A DNA stretch of 64,000 nucleotides. It comes from Marsupella aquatica. Its lineage: Eukaryota > Plantae > Marchantiophyta. The stretch is taken from assembly GCA_973895155.1 (NCBI GenBank), contig OZ316896.1, positions 17,162,754 through 17,226,753 of the forward strand. Direction: 5' to 3'. The notes below the pieces were generated by a model that was given only the letters and a program-made list of their open reading frames with translations, was not told the DNA's origin and searched no databases. A program made the translations under genes and the position numbers. This document shows, one piece after another, positions 23,701-38,700 of this stretch (the stretch's first letter is position 1; every line of letters begins with the position of its first letter).

Positions 23701-26700
23701 CTCATGGCCTCAAGGAGAGTTCGGTGGTGGAGACAGCATCATCAGTTCATAGCGAGGAGGATTCGGCTGTTGGTTCTGTGGATTCTGTGACAGTGGCTAG
23801 TGAAGATGATGCTTTGTTTGGAGATCTGTTTTCAGAATCAGGCAGGCATTCTGTCAATTCTGAAGGAAATGCTCAAACATGCTCATCAGCAAAGAAGCTA
23901 GACGGCCTTTACAATACTCCCCTTCAAGCAACTTACCAAGTTATGTCTTTCTTAAAAGACTGTGTATTCTCTAGGGACTGGCACCTACCCACATTTGAAG
24001 TTGCTTGTAAACAGCTGTCGAAAGAACACCTAGATGTGTTTCTTCAAATTCATGGCTCACAGTGTAGCATTGCCGGTGGGCATGCTTCAACCTATGAGTT
24101 AGTTGACTTAGAGGTTAATTCAGACCTTTTATCTCAGCTTCATAAAGGATCTTTTGATTTGATTGAAGCCTTAGTAGTTAGACAAGTATTGTCCGAAACC
24201 CTGGAAACACATCTTGCCAATCAAATTCTAAAGGAGGGAGATTCAGGAAGGGTTCTTACAACAGATATTTTGGTACTCCTTGCAAGACTGCTTATCAATC
24301 GCCATACACGGAGGACTAGTGATGAGACGGATGATCCTTTGGTATTTATGCTTTGGAAAAATTTTGTGGATTCACTGGTTAGTAAGGCAAAAAGCAAGTT
24401 GGTGGATACCACTGTGGAGAAGGTGTCTGCATCATTGCCACCTTTGTTCCACATGGAAGTTTTATTTATGGCATTCCACTCTGTTAGTACGTCGGGACGA
24501 TTGAGCTTGTTGCAAAGTCTCTTGTCAGCACTTAAATCTGTGTGTTCCAGTGAGAAGCATGCCAGCAGTGGCTCATCTTTAGCTATGTGGTCACTGCTAG
24601 TATCAAGACTGGTCCTGGCAATTAGGTACATAACACTGTATTTTAATACTTTCCCTAAATGGGTGTTGTTACACTTGCGAAATAGCTTAAGACCCGACTC
24701 TGGAGAAGGCATCGGCAGTGTGTTTGTTGATGATAGACTCATCCGTTCATGGCCCGCTATTTTGGCTCGCAATTTACCTGATGAGCACAGTGGTGATGAG
24801 CAGCATGCTCTTAGTGAAGTGTGTAGTGAGCAGCTGTTTGATGTGAGTGAATTTTGTGCTGTTGGGTCGATAAAGGCAGAAGGGCCTTCAAGTTCACACA
24901 TAGATCTGTGTGAACTTAGTGATGTGCTTAATGATCTCCTGGAGTCGTGGAGCGAGAAGCCTGTTAAAAGTGTAGAGGAGCTGTTGGTAGAGAGGTACGT
25001 TTATCTTTTAAGCTGGAGCATTCTGCAAACGGAAGGTACTTCACTGAAGCCAACGTTGCCATGGGATATGAAGCCGGCATCCAGTAATCGGTTCGGTGCA
25101 GACTTTTGTTTTGGGCTTGGGCGAAGCCTGCAAGTGAGCATGTATCAAGAGAGCCTTTTTGATGTGAAGATGTGGACGGCATACATTGGGCAGACCTTTG
25201 CCGATATAGACGCAGGACTGTCAACAGTCACCGATCTATTTTCCTGGCAGTTCTTAAGGCAAGGTGCTTGTTTGAACTTACTTCTCTCATTGCTTCAAGG
25301 TGGTATAGCAGCATTCTCTCAGAAGCACAAGGCCGGGCCAAGTAAGGATGAGGAGATTATTGCAACACAAGAAGGTGTATTGCTCGAATTTCTTGCCGAG
25401 TTCGTGAAGCTACTCCTAGAAGATGGAGCCATCACACAGGTCCTGAAGCATTTATCGTCTTTGTTGAGGTGGTATGTCGACGTTGCTCGCAACTCTGTGG
25501 CAGCTGTCCTCTCAGGTAACTCTTCCCATGGATTGTTAACTACTACAGACTTGATTCTACGTGGACTTCCAAGTGGGAATATACAAGAGCATCTGCTTGA
25601 GTTGTCAGGAGTCAATGTGGGAGTCGTGCAAGCACTCCTCAGACGGGGTTCATTTGTGACCTGGCAAGCAGAAACCGTGGGGCTGCTTCTTGGTCCATTT
25701 CATGATACTCGGAGTTTCAAGGACATAAACAATGTTTTCATACCCGCTTTACTACATGGATTCCCATCAACTTCACATCCAGCAAGTGCTTCGGTTGTTT
25801 CGTCCCTGCTTTCTCTCGAGGGAATTCTAGAGACCTTGGAAGCGATTTTCGCCATGCAAAGTCTACATGAGGGACGCTTGCTGGAGAAACTGGAAATCGG
25901 TTTCCTTGAGGAGATTCTAGGCTCTGTGATGACCATGAGCCTGGATAGTACATTTGACAATATTCGAAGCAAATATACACCTGTTCTTGATTCACTTATC
26001 CCTTCCAAGGAAGAGCAGGCAAGTTGCAGTGATTTATATTTGTTGCGGCATGTCGAGGATCAGCTTTGGTCCTTGTCTGGAAGAAGTGATATTGACGAGG
26101 TTGTGCGCGAAGGAGTCATTGTTGAAGTAGTTGATGCAGTCAAGCGAATGAATACAACACGGACTCACGTGCTGAAGTTATACTATTTTCCTGGCCAAGA
26201 GAATGAAGGACCAGTCCCGGTTGGTACAAAAGATCGGGGATGGAGGTTGGTCAATGCCAGGTCTCTTGTTGGATCAGGGAGTCTTGCACCTTTCGTAGAT
26301 GCTCTTACTGGCTGTTCCAACGAAGCCATTAATCAAAAGATCCTGCACCTCCTTGATGAGTTTTTGAGCGGTGAGAATTCCATGCAACTGGAGTTTAAAC
26401 TTGGGCTACAAAAGAAGTTTTTGGAAATGGACACTACTGACCTGGCTGCTTGGTTAGAGCTCCGTCTCCTTGGTAATAACAATGGAAGTCTGACTGGCAG
26501 CAACGTGCATGTGGTCACCTCTCCTGCAGTAAGGGAACTGGCGTGCAATATCTTGCAAATGCTGGTGAACCATACCTCTGATGGTCAAGATCAAGGTCTT
26601 CGAAGCCACCTTGTTGCTGCAATGCTCATCAACCTGGAGCGGGCGTTTGTGAACTATGATGTGTCACCTGCAAATGAGTATTTCAGTCTGCTGGTGCAGT

Positions 26701-29700
26701 TGGCTGTTGGTGAAGGCCTTTTGAAGCAAGTTCTTAGCTGTGTGGGGAGTTTGATCGAGAAACTGGCCACCAATGGGAACCATCTTGAGAGCCTAAAAGG
26801 AATTCTCGCATATCTGAACTCTATCTTTGTAGCATGTGGAGCTCACAAAGTGCTGGCCCGAAGTTCCTTCCCTAGTGGGAGACAGCGTGATAGTGGCACT
26901 GGTTTTCACAATATGGGTCTCAAATCCAAAGCTGCAGTCGCTAAAAAGAATTCTGAGCACCTGGTTCATACTGGCATCGACCCAGATGCTCCTGGAGCCG
27001 ATTGTGATGCGACATCTGTCGATGAAGATGAAGATGATGTCACTTCTGATGGCGAACTTGCAAGCTTGGATAGGGAAGATGAAGATGATGGTAGCAATAG
27101 TGAAAGAACCTTGGCTTCGAAAGTCTGTACTTTCACATCAAGTGGGAGCAATTTCATGGAGCAACACTGGTACTTTTGCTACACATGCGACTTGACGGTT
27201 TCAAAGGGCTGTTGCTCGGTTTGTGCAAAAGTTTGTCATCGAGGACACAAGGTTGTGTACTCTCGTCTCAGTCGATTCTTTTGTGACTGTGGGGCCGGTG
27301 GCGTTAGAGGGACCAGTTGCCTTTGCTTAAGACCCCGTAAATATGTCTCTCTGACAAACACTCTTCCTCCGGCCAATTCCGCTGGTAGTGAATCAGTTCC
27401 GCCTATAGCAGGTCATGTACCTGCACAGTCTGACAGTGAGTCAGATCTTGAGGATGATGATCTTCTGGATGGAGAGGGCCATTTTAATATCTCTCTCTCG
27501 GAACGGGAAGAGAGAGATATGCTCTCATTTCTCACTGAACTTAACATAGAAGGGCAAGTTTTGACTTTATGCCAAAAGTTGCTAGTTCAGCTAAACCTTG
27601 GACAAAAGGTGACCACTAGAAAAGATGAAGAAGTACATCTGGACGGAGACAAGCTTCTTAATCCCAAGAGTGATATCTTGCAGCTGAAGAGGGCCTACAA
27701 GAGTGGATCGTTGGATATGAAGATAAAAGCAGATTACTCCAATGCTCGTGACCTCAAGGCACATCTAGCAAATGGTTCAATTGTGAAGTCTTTGCTAACC
27801 ATCAGCAGCCGAGGTAGACTGGCCGCCGGGGAGGGTGACAAAGTGACAATCTTCGATGTTGCACAATTGATTGGTCAGCCAACAGCCACCACAGTCACAG
27901 TGGACAAAACAACAGTCAAACCCCTCTCAAAGAATGCTGTGCGCTTTGAGTTGGTTCAACTTGCTTTCAATAGTGTGAATGAAAACTACCTAGCAGTCGC
28001 TGGTTATGAAGACTGTCAAGTCTTTACTGTAAATGCTCGTGGAGAAGTTACGGATCGTCTGGCTGTCGAGCTGGCACTCGTAGATGCTCACATTCGTCGG
28101 GTCGCTTGGGTACCTGGATCACAAGTGCAGCTAATGGTGGTCACCAACAGGTTTTTAAAAATTTACGATTTGTCTCAAGACAAAATAAGCCCGACTCACT
28201 ATTTTACAGTGCTTGAAGATTCAATTGCTGATGCTTGTCTCGTGTCCAAAGGCCAAGGGCAATTGGTGGCTCTTGTTCTTTCACAGCAGGGAGTACTTTA
28301 CAGCCAGCATGTTTCGGAAGGTGGTGACTCCAATTCTCGTATTTTAACGGAGAATATACAATTGCCAGATGCTTACAGGCCAGCCAGGGGAATTTCGTTA
28401 CTGTTTTCGGCTGCTTATAAGCTGCTGTTTATGTCTTTTGGGGATAATTTGACTTTGATGGGGCGACTAAATTCCGACCTCACCAAGTTTGGAGAGGTTG
28501 CAAGTGTACTTGAGCTTGAGCAGGATGGCAAGACACGCCCAGCTGGTTTGCACCACTGGAAAGAAATATTTGAAGGTAGTGGGCTTTTTATTTCATTGTC
28601 TAGTCAAAAATCAAACTCTGCAGTGGCTGTTCTTGTTGGAACAACGGAGACAAAAGTGCAGCAGTTGAGAATTTCTGGCAATGCGTCGTCGTTGCGAGTT
28701 GATGGTGTTGCTGCGTACACGCCTATCACAAAGGAAAGGAACAGCGTTCTTGTACTACACGATGACGGAAGTCTCCAGGTTTTCTCTTACATACCCTCAG
28801 ACTCTGATGCTGCAAATATGATGATCAATGCGGATAACCAGAAGCAAAGTTCAAGCTTTGAAGTGGAACAAGTGAAGAAACTGGGTGCTGTCATTCTTGG
28901 AAGTCGGAGCCATTCTGGAACTGCTCCCGTCTTCCCCTTGGACTTCTTCGAGAAGACAACGTGTATAACAGCTGATATCAAACTTGGAGGGGATGTGCTT
29001 CGCAACAGCGATTCCGAGGGTGCCAAATTGAGTCTGGCATCAGATGATGGCTTTTTGGAAGGTCCCAGCGCCAATGGCTTCAAGGTAACACATGGTGCCT
29101 CTTGTCTGTCTTCAAGAAAGGTTCAATTTGCACTGTTTTGGACTGTTTTCTGTAGGGAAGGTGTTTACTTTTTTAACTCCGTTGACTAGGCCTCGTTCAA
29201 TCAGATGGAAATTAGTGTGACTTATCTATTTCTTTATTTCTGTTTTACTCTTGTTTATGCTGTCTCATTAGCGCCGCCCGTTTGGTACTTTGGATTGCGG
29301 TAGTGATCGGATGCCTCGTGTTGGCAAGGTTGGATGAGGGACTGCAAGATTTGCATCTCAAGATATATCTAGATTGTCATGCATTTCTGTCTACATGACA
29401 GTATTTGGCTGCTGCACGCTTGTACCTTGAGCGACTTTAACCTGGTTTCGGGCAAAACCCAGTTCTGTGTGGCTTTAATACTCTAGGCGTTGAATTTTGT
29501 CACCTCAAAACTTGCTTGGAAGGCTCTCGAATTTGCTCGCGAGGCTTCTGCCATGACGTTTATTAGTGGGTCACGTATATATCACTACAAGTGATACTCA
29601 CATTGCAAACGAATTTAAACTGGTGCAGATATTGATTTATAATACAAATCCGGAGATTGTCATGGTTGGGTGCCGTGTTCAAGTCGGCAACACATCTGCA

Positions 29701-32700
29701 AGTCATATACCTTCGGAGCTTCGTCTGTTTCAAAGAGCTATCAGGCTAGAAGAAGGAGTTAGGTCCTGGTATGATATTCCTTTCACAAATTCAGAGGCTT
29801 TGCTGGCTGATGAAGAGTTTACGCTTACTGTGGGCCCAACCTTCAATGGCTCTTCTCTACCGAGGTTGGATACTTTGGAGGTATATGGTCGATCAAAGGA
29901 CGACTTTGGATGGAAGGAGAAACTAGACGCGGTTCTAGATCTGGATTCTCAAGGACAAGGAGCTCCCGGTAGCTCGGTGGGAACCAGTGGCAGAGGAACA
30001 AAGGTTAAGCTCATGCAAAGTGCTTCTGCATTGGAGCAAGTTTTTTCGGATAGTTTTCATCTTTTGCACAACTACTATCTGGCGTATCGATCGCAAATCC
30101 CCCCGGAGTTGGAGGAAGTCAAATTGGAGCTGTGCCGTTCTAAGTGTATACCAGTCTTACAGACTGTGTTTGAGAGTGACAGGCAACCTCATTTGCAGGC
30201 AGCAGCGAGGCATGTCCTTTGTGCTCTGTTTCCTGTAAAGGAAACCTACTATCAGGTGAGTGGGCATGCTTTTGATAATAAATAAGTAGTTTAGTAAATA
30301 AGATGGGAGCTACAGTAGTCGTTGTGCTGCCCTTGGGCCTTCACTTCGAACAGTTTCTCTTGTTTGGGAACTTTGTCGTTGAGTTTTAGGGTACTCAGAA
30401 CCTCATCCTTTGTTTCAGATTATGACAGGAAAATCATAAGACATGTTGATATCCTTCGGAGCAGCTTTTTGCTGCATGTTCCGCGAACATGTGATTGCTT
30501 TTCACTGTAGTAACAGCTTGACTGGCATCCGTGCAGGCTAAGGATTCAATGCGTCTATCGGGAGTGGCTCGTTCTTGTCCATTGCTTGCGTCAAGAATTT
30601 CAGCCGGTGGGTCTGCTACGGCTCTTATCATACAGGAGTTTTCTGCTCAGATGCACGCGGTATGCAAAATAGCTCTGCATCGCCAGTCAAATTTGGCCAA
30701 GTTCTTGGACCAACATGGTAAGTGTGTGGTTCATGCAATTACTGATGTAGTAGTTTTCACGCTTTTGCCTGTGCACATATTTCACTTTCTGTTATTCAGC
30801 TCTTTGCGAGAATTCTCAGAAAGTATCGATTGTGAGACAATAGGTATAGCAGTTCAATTCCCATTCGTGTAGCGTTTAATAATGTCTTACTTTTGGCTCC
30901 TTTGAAGGTACCTCCATTGTGGATGGCCTGGTGAATGTGTTGTGGGAAATCCTCTCTTGGGAGCAGCATGACGCTCAGACCATCAACAATCTGGTAATAC
31001 CCATGGTGGACTTGATATATGGGTACGCGGAGTGCCTCGCACTCCATGCAAGTACTGGTACATCGCCCATGTCGTCTGTTGCACCAGCTGTTGCTCTTCT
31101 GCACAAACTCCTTTTTTCCCCAGATGAAGCTGTGCGGACATCCTGCAGGTGAGTAGTGAAATAACCAGATGTTCAGAAGTGATGTACATCTTGTGACACG
31201 TGAAGGTTTCTATCAAAGTTTGCCATTCTTTCAGTTTGACCCTTTGGAGGTCAGAATCTTGTTTTGAGAAAATGTAATCTGTCTGACCTGCCGTTTGTTG
31301 CATGGTCAGTCTGGCCATATCTTCCACTTTGCTTCAGGTCCCTCTTCCAAAGCAGACCATGCTAGCCATGGACGACATTGCAGAGAACTCAAGAGCACCC
31401 TCTATACCATCAGATAGTGGGAGTGGCAGTGGAGGGGGTGGACAGGTGATGATGGACGAAGATGCCAGCACCGCATCTGTACAGTATTGTTGTGACGGGT
31501 GTTCCACTGTCCCTATTTTGAGACAGCGTTGGCACTGTAATATATGTCCAGATTTTGACCTTTGCGAAGCTTGTTATGAAGTGATGGATGCCGATCAACT
31601 TCCTCCACCACACAGTCGGGATCACCCCATGTCTGCCATACCAATTGAAATGGATCTGACCGGCGGAGACAGTAGTGACTTGCATTTCTCTTCTATTGAT
31701 GAACTTAGCGATGAAAGTTTACTACAAATGGCAACAGAGCTGAGTTTACAATCAAACAGTTCACCGGTGTCCTTCAATTCTGCTTTGGATAGTAATGAGA
31801 ACCTTCTTCAAAGCGTTCCAGATGAAGTCAAAGGTTTTCCAGTTTCAGCTTCCAAAAGTGCAGTGAATGGCTTACTTTTACAGGGGCTTGTGGAAGAAAT
31901 ACAGGGCTGGATGAGGAGAAGCACAGGTGCGCAGGCACTGCCGGTGATGCAGCTCTTTTATCGCTTGGCTTCAGCTGCGTCTGGTCCTCTTGCAGAAGGT
32001 TCTGCAGCGAATGGTGGGGTGCTAGATTTGGAACGATTAATTAAGTTCATGTTGCAAGAGATGGACTTGAGTACTCCCCTGACTGTCAAATTGCGCTCAA
32101 ACTTCGGAGAAGTTGCAATCCTCACATTTATGTTCTTCACATTGGTCCTCCGTAATTGGCATCAGCCTGGGTCAGAACAACAGGCAAGGCCTGGAACTTC
32201 TGCTAACGATCCTCCACAGAATGCACAGCAAGCACCTGGTTTGGTTCCAATGTATCCACATGACGGGCAAACTGGGGTTGATGGTGGGTCTCAACTTGAT
32301 CGGGCATGTGCAGCTTTACGACAGCAGTCCTTGATTAATTATCTGCTAAGTATTGTCCAGCAACTGACTTACATCTTCAAGAGCTCTTTAAGGGGCCCTG
32401 AGTCAAGTCCAACCACCTCAACAGGGGCTGGTTGTGGGTCCTTGCTGAATGTGAGAAGGGAATTCGCTTCTGGAAGCTACACTCCCTTTTTCTCTGATTC
32501 CTATGCCAAAGCTCATCGAGGGGACTTGTTTGGAGATTTCCACCGCCTTCTATTAGAAAGTGCGTTTCGGTTGACTTACAGCCTTATTCGCCCAGAGAAG
32601 TCAGAGAAAGGAAACGACAAGGAGCAGGTCATATATAAATCGTCGACCGTCTCGGACTTGAAACTGGATGGCTGGCAGGAAGTGTTGTGCAATTTTATCA

Positions 32701-35700
32701 ACAACCCGCACACAACGTTCATTCGTAAGTATGCACGAAGACTTTTGCTGCATCTGTGTGGCACCAAAGGTCATTATTACAATGTAAGGGATGCTTGGCA
32801 GCTCAACAGGGAGGTGAAACGACTGTACAAGCTTGCTCAGAAGTCTGGAGGTTTTCAGGTTCCAGTATCGTATGAACGGAGTGTCAAGCTGGTGAAGTGC
32901 CTCACAGTGATCGCTGAAGTAGCCGCGTCCAGACCTCGTAACTGGCAAAAATATTGCACCAAACATATCGAAGTTCTGCAGTTCTTGCTGAGTGGCATAT
33001 TTGCCTTTGGAGAAGAGTCTGTCGTTCAAACCCTTAAATTGTTGATGCTAGTTTTCTATACTGGAAAGGATGTTGGATCACTTGCGAAACTAAGCGCTCC
33101 AGCAGAAGCGAGTGAGGCAAGTGCGGCCCCCACTGGAACCAGGACAGGGACTCAGGCTGGAGATTTGAAGAAAAAGGTTCGAAATGGTAGCGATGATGGA
33201 TCAAGTTTCTCTGGTGACAAGAGTTTCATGGACATGGAGCAAGCGGTTGACCATCTAGCAGCTGATGATGGGAAAGTTCTTGACAATTTTATTGATTCCT
33301 TTCTGTTGGGATGGAATTCAGCTTCTGTTCGGTTTGAAGCTAAGTCGGTGTTGCATGGAGCATGGAATCATGGGAAGCAAAAATTTCGGTTGCTCATGCT
33401 CAAATCATTGTTGGAAAGAATACCAATTTTGCCATCATATGGTCAAAATATTGTGGACTACACTGATCTTTTGACTTGGCTGTTAGGGAAAGGTACTCCT
33501 GATGCAACTGCTAGTAGTCAAGAGTTGGCTCTTGTGCAGGGATGTCTTGATGAAGCTGCAGTGAAGGGGATCTTCAGTGCGTTGTGTGCCCAGAACGAGC
33601 TAATAGCAAATCATCCCAATTCTCGCATTTACACGACCCTTGCAGGTCTTGTTGAGTTTGATGGTTATTATCTGGAAAGTGAGCCCTGTTTGGCTTGTAG
33701 TAGTCCTGAACTTCCCTACACCAGGATGAAGTTGGACAACCTCAAGTCAGAAACTAAGTTCACCGACAACCGGATTCTGGTGAAGTGTGTTGGGAGCCAC
33801 ACCATTCAGAGTGTAACAATGAATGTTCATGATGCGCGTCGATCAAAATCAGTGAAAGTCCTCAACCTGTACTACAACAACAGGGCAGTTGCAGACCTCT
33901 CAGAGCTTAAAAACAACTGGTCTTTATGGAAGAGGGCTCGCAGTTGTCACCTTTCGTTCAATCAGACGGAAATGAAGGTTGAATTCCCCATACCAATCAC
34001 CGCCTGCAACTTCATGATTGAGCTAGATTCATTCTATGAAAACCTCCAGGCATCCTCTCTTGAGTCTTTGCAGTGTCCCAGGTGCAGCCGCTACGTCACC
34101 GACAAGCATGGAATTTGCAGTAATTGCCATGAAAATGCTTATCAATGTCGACAGTGCCGGAATATCAACTATGAAAACCTGGATTCATTTTTGTGCAACG
34201 AATGTGGGTATAGCAAATACGGCAGATTTGAATTCAACTTTATGGCAAAGCCGAGCTTTACCTTCGACTGCATGGAGAATGATGATGACATGAAGAAGGG
34301 TCTTGCAGCCATTGAAGCAGAATCTGAAAATGCTCACAGGAGGTATCAACAGTTACTAGGATTCAAGAAACCTTTGTTGAAGCTGGTTTCAAGCATTGGT
34401 GAAACAGAGCTGGATTCACAGCAAAAGGATTCTGTCCAGCAGATGATTGTTTCCCTACCAGGATCCTCGTCTTTCAAAATCAATAGGAAAATAGCCATTT
34501 TAGGTGTGCTCTATGGGGAAAAGTGCAAGATGGCTTTTGACTCCGTCAGCAAGAGTGTGCAGACTTTGCAAGGTCTTCGTAGAGTCTTGATGGCCTATCT
34601 GGAAAGAAAGAGATCATCGGCTGGACATTCCGCCGGTGCTCCATCTGTAGCTGTGAGGCCCACCAATCGGTGCTTTGGTTGTGCCAACACCTTTGTTGGG
34701 CAATGCCTGGAGTGGCTTCAAGTTCTGGCCAAGCAACCTAGATGCCGGGAACAGTTGGTATCTGCAGGTATTCTTCGCGAGTTATTTGAGAATAACATTC
34801 ATCAAGGGCCGAAAGCGGCTCGTATACAGGCTAGGACAGTGCTCTGCACTTTCACCGAAGGGGATGCCACAGCAGTTTCGGAACTAAATAATCTGATTAA
34901 GCAGAAGACTATGTACTGTTTGGAGCACCATCGCTCCATGGATGTTGCGGCGTGTGTCAGGGATGATCTTCAACTGCTCTCAGAAACGTGCTCTCTTGCA
35001 GATGACCACGTGGAAGATCGTCTGCGTGTTGTTTTCCAGTTATTGTTTCGTTCAATTCAGGTTGGGGCTCGCCATCCAGTTATTGCAGAGCACATTATTC
35101 TTCCCTGCTTGCGGATCGTATCTCAAGCATGTGCTCCACCAAAATCCGAGACGGGGACTGCGGAGTCGACTGCTTCCACGCCCAGACAACGTCCCGACAT
35201 AGCACAGCGACTTGAACGGCAGGAACGGGCTGAGCTGCAGCAAAAATCTGGGTTACGAACAACATCATCTGAGTCCATGAAAAGTGTTTCCGATATACTT
35301 GGAGATTTGAGCTCAAACAGTTCTAAACTTCAAAGTCTCCTAACTGAGAAGGGGTCCGAACAAGAAGTGCGAGCACAGGATGCCAATCTGAAAACGTACA
35401 TTGAGTGGAAAAATGGTTCCACCTATGTGGATCTTGTGAGGAGACAAAGCTCGGTATCTCAGGTGACCAGAGCTTCTGTAGCACCAAAAGTCAGGAAAGA
35501 TTCTAGACGCGGAGACTCGCGCGTAGATTCATTGGCTTTGAAGTATTTCCTGAAGTGGAAGAAGCGAGCTTACAAGGGTTCTGTGACTGATGAACTTTCT
35601 GCATTTGAAGAAAGCTCATGGGTACATGAGCTAGTGCTAAGTGCTTGTTCTCAAGCAATTCGCCTGGAAATGTGTGCTCTTATCGAAGTTTTGTGCGCAC

Positions 35701-38700
35701 AGAGCCCCATCCGTCGAGCTAAATTTTTGAATCTTCTGATGAACTTGCTGCCGTCGACACGGGCAGCAGGTGAAAGTGCTGCAGAGTACTTTGATCTCCT
35801 GTTCAAAATGGTTGAACCTGAGGACTCTCGACTGTTCCTCACGGTACGTGGATTCCTACGCACGTCATGCTCTCTGATCACAGAGGAAGTGAGTCGGATC
35901 GAGGCGCAGGAATGGAGTGTACATACAGATATTTCACAGGGCTACATTCTTCACAAGCTTATTGAATTGCTCAGCAAATTTTTGCTCGTGCCTAACATCC
36001 GCACAAGGTACGCAATGTTACCTTTTAGTTCTGTCAGGAGGTGCTAAATTAGTTTCTGAGAAATTTAGAACAGGGTAAGGACAGACAAGGAAACAAGGGA
36101 CTTGTTTCCTTGTCTGTCCTTACCCTGTTCTAAAGAAAGAACCTTAATCTCTAACTTACGATAATTGTGGAATGATGATCTTTCTGGTGTACCTGTATGT
36201 GCTTGCTTTGGTGGATTGAACGGATCGAGGGCCTGTGCGGATCATGACTGACTTGTGGCATGGTTTCCATTAGGTTCATGAAAGAAGACCTCCTGGCTCA
36301 AATTCTTCACGCGCTGCTGGCTCTAAGAGGTCTTGTTGTACAAAAGACCAAGCTCACAAGTGACTGCGGTCGACTTCTGCGAGATTTGTTGGATGGTCTC
36401 CTTCAAGAAAGCTATGCGAACAAGCGTCACTTTATTCGAGCGTGTATTTCAGGGCTTCAATCCCAAATTCATGAGAAGAAGGATCGTACCTCTTTGGTCA
36501 GTAAGAAATTGTAGTAGAGGCCAGGAAATCCGTTGGTGCTGCACGTTTTGATGCACTCATTCGGTAGTCTTGGGAGAAGTCTTTTGTGAAGCTGTTGAAT
36601 CTTGATATTTATCATGGTGCTAATTCTGTTTTCCATAATTGTGCAGTTCATTTTGGAGCAATTATGTGACATCATATGTCCGACAAAACCGGAGCAAGCA
36701 TATATGATGGTTCTGAACAAAGCGCACACGCAAGAAGAGTTTATCCGAGGATCAATGACGAAAAATCCCTACTCTAGTCTGGAAATTGGTCCTCTCATGA
36801 GAGACGTGAAGAATAAAATTTGTCACCAATTAGAGTTACTAGGTCTAATTGAAGATGACTATGGGATGGAATTGCTAGTGGCAGGGAACATTATAGCCCT
36901 TGACCTTAGTGTGGCCCAGGTATACGAGCAGGTTTGGAGAAAAGCACATCAGCAGGCTGCAAGTTCTGTTGTAGGTTCTAGCATTTTGGCTGTTGCTGCA
37001 GGAGCAACAACCGGCAGGGACTGTCCACCAATGACCGTCACGTATCGGCTTCAGGTTAGTGAAATTATCATGTTTGACTCTGACATACAGCAAAAGACAT
37101 TTCTCAGGGTAGCATAAGGTGACCCTACAGTGGACAATCATGACTAACATCGTAGCTAATTGTGGGAATAAAATGGATAAACACTTATTCAAGTTGAAAG
37201 AGGACAATCTAGGGTCTTATTGATGATTTGAACTTGCAGGGCTTGGATGGGGAAGCAACCGAACCAATGATCCAAGAGCTGGAAGAAGATAGGGAGGAAT
37301 CTCAAGATCCCGAGGTTGAGTTTGCAATTGCTGGAGTCATGAGGGAGTGTGGTGGCTTGGACATCATCCTAAGCATGGTTCAGGTAGATACTACAGAAAT
37401 TGTCCATTTAATTTTTTGTTCTAAACACGGAGAAATCACTATTAAATAATTCGACTTTTAATTCTGTTTAGTTTCTCGGCATGGAACTGGAGCATAGAGA
37501 ATCTCTTGTCGATTTGAGGGTCCTGTCGTGTGTGGCGTGGAGACCTCACTTTGCGATCTTGTGGGTTGTGTTGGTGGTCTTCAGAAACTCAGTAAAGTTG
37601 AGATGAAAGCAGCACAAGAGGAATTAGCGTTGGTCTTGAAGCTGCTGATGTTTTGCTGCAAAATACGAGCAAATCGGCAGGCTTTGCTCCAGCTTGGGGC
37701 CTTGGGTGTGCTGCTCGAAGCTGCCAGAAGTGCTTTCTCCACTGATGCAGCTGAGCCAGCAGAGGGTCTTTTGCTAATAGTAGAAAGTCTAGTTTCTGAG
37801 GCCAATGAAAGTGACCTAGCAGTTTCAGACAGCGCTGTAAGTTCATCCAAAGCAGGGGAGGGAACAGGAGTACAGGCTGCTAGTGCTGTCCTCATGTTTT
37901 TGGAGAAGCTCTCCCATCCCACGGCGGTGAATAAGTCCCACAAGCAACAGCGTAACAATGAGACTGTGGCACGGATTTTGCCTTACCTCACATATGGAGA
38001 GGAAGCTGCAATGGAAGTCCTGGTCGATCATTTTATTCCATATTTGCAAGACTGGACTGCTTTTGATAGTTTGTTGAAGCTGCATCATGAAAATCCCAAG
38101 GATGATGGGGTTGCCCAAAGAGCAGCGCAGCAACAACTGGCTCTAGAAAACTTTGTGAGAGTGACAGAGTCGATCAAGTTGAATCCTAACGGTGAGAGGT
38201 TGAAAGACCTTATTATGCAAAGGGGTATTACTACAGGTGAGAGTCCTATTGAAGTGGGTACATCCAAACCTACCTTATGGTTAGGGCTGACCAGGGTCTG
38301 TAATGTGCTTTTTCAATAGATTTGCAGGTTTTAGTCAGGAGGGCAGAAGCTAAATATTGCAAAGGGTTATTTTATTATTGTCCCACGTATCGTTGGTAGA
38401 GAGTAGCTAATAAGATGTGTATATTGGGTTTGTCAACTAACTGGATGATATCTTTGTGGCAGGCGCCATCGAGTATCTGAAAGTTGCTTTTCCTATGTTC
38501 GGGAAAGGAGCTGAATACAGGTCTACTCCAGAGTGGGCACAAGGCCTGGAAATGCCATCTGTCCCAATCATTTTGTCGATGCTGAGGGGGCTTTCAAGGG
38601 GACATTTTGCAACACAGCAAAGTCTTGATAACGAGGGCGTTTTACCCCTTCTACATGCTCTAGAGGGGGTTGCTGGTGACAATGAAATTGGTGCAAGAGC

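Noticed and set aside
22707-36047. The 2160-aa and 1581-aa ORFs as separate genes, or as unusually large exons
   Set aside because: They are internal exons of BIG read through into flanking introns. Multi-kb exons are expected for plant BIG.
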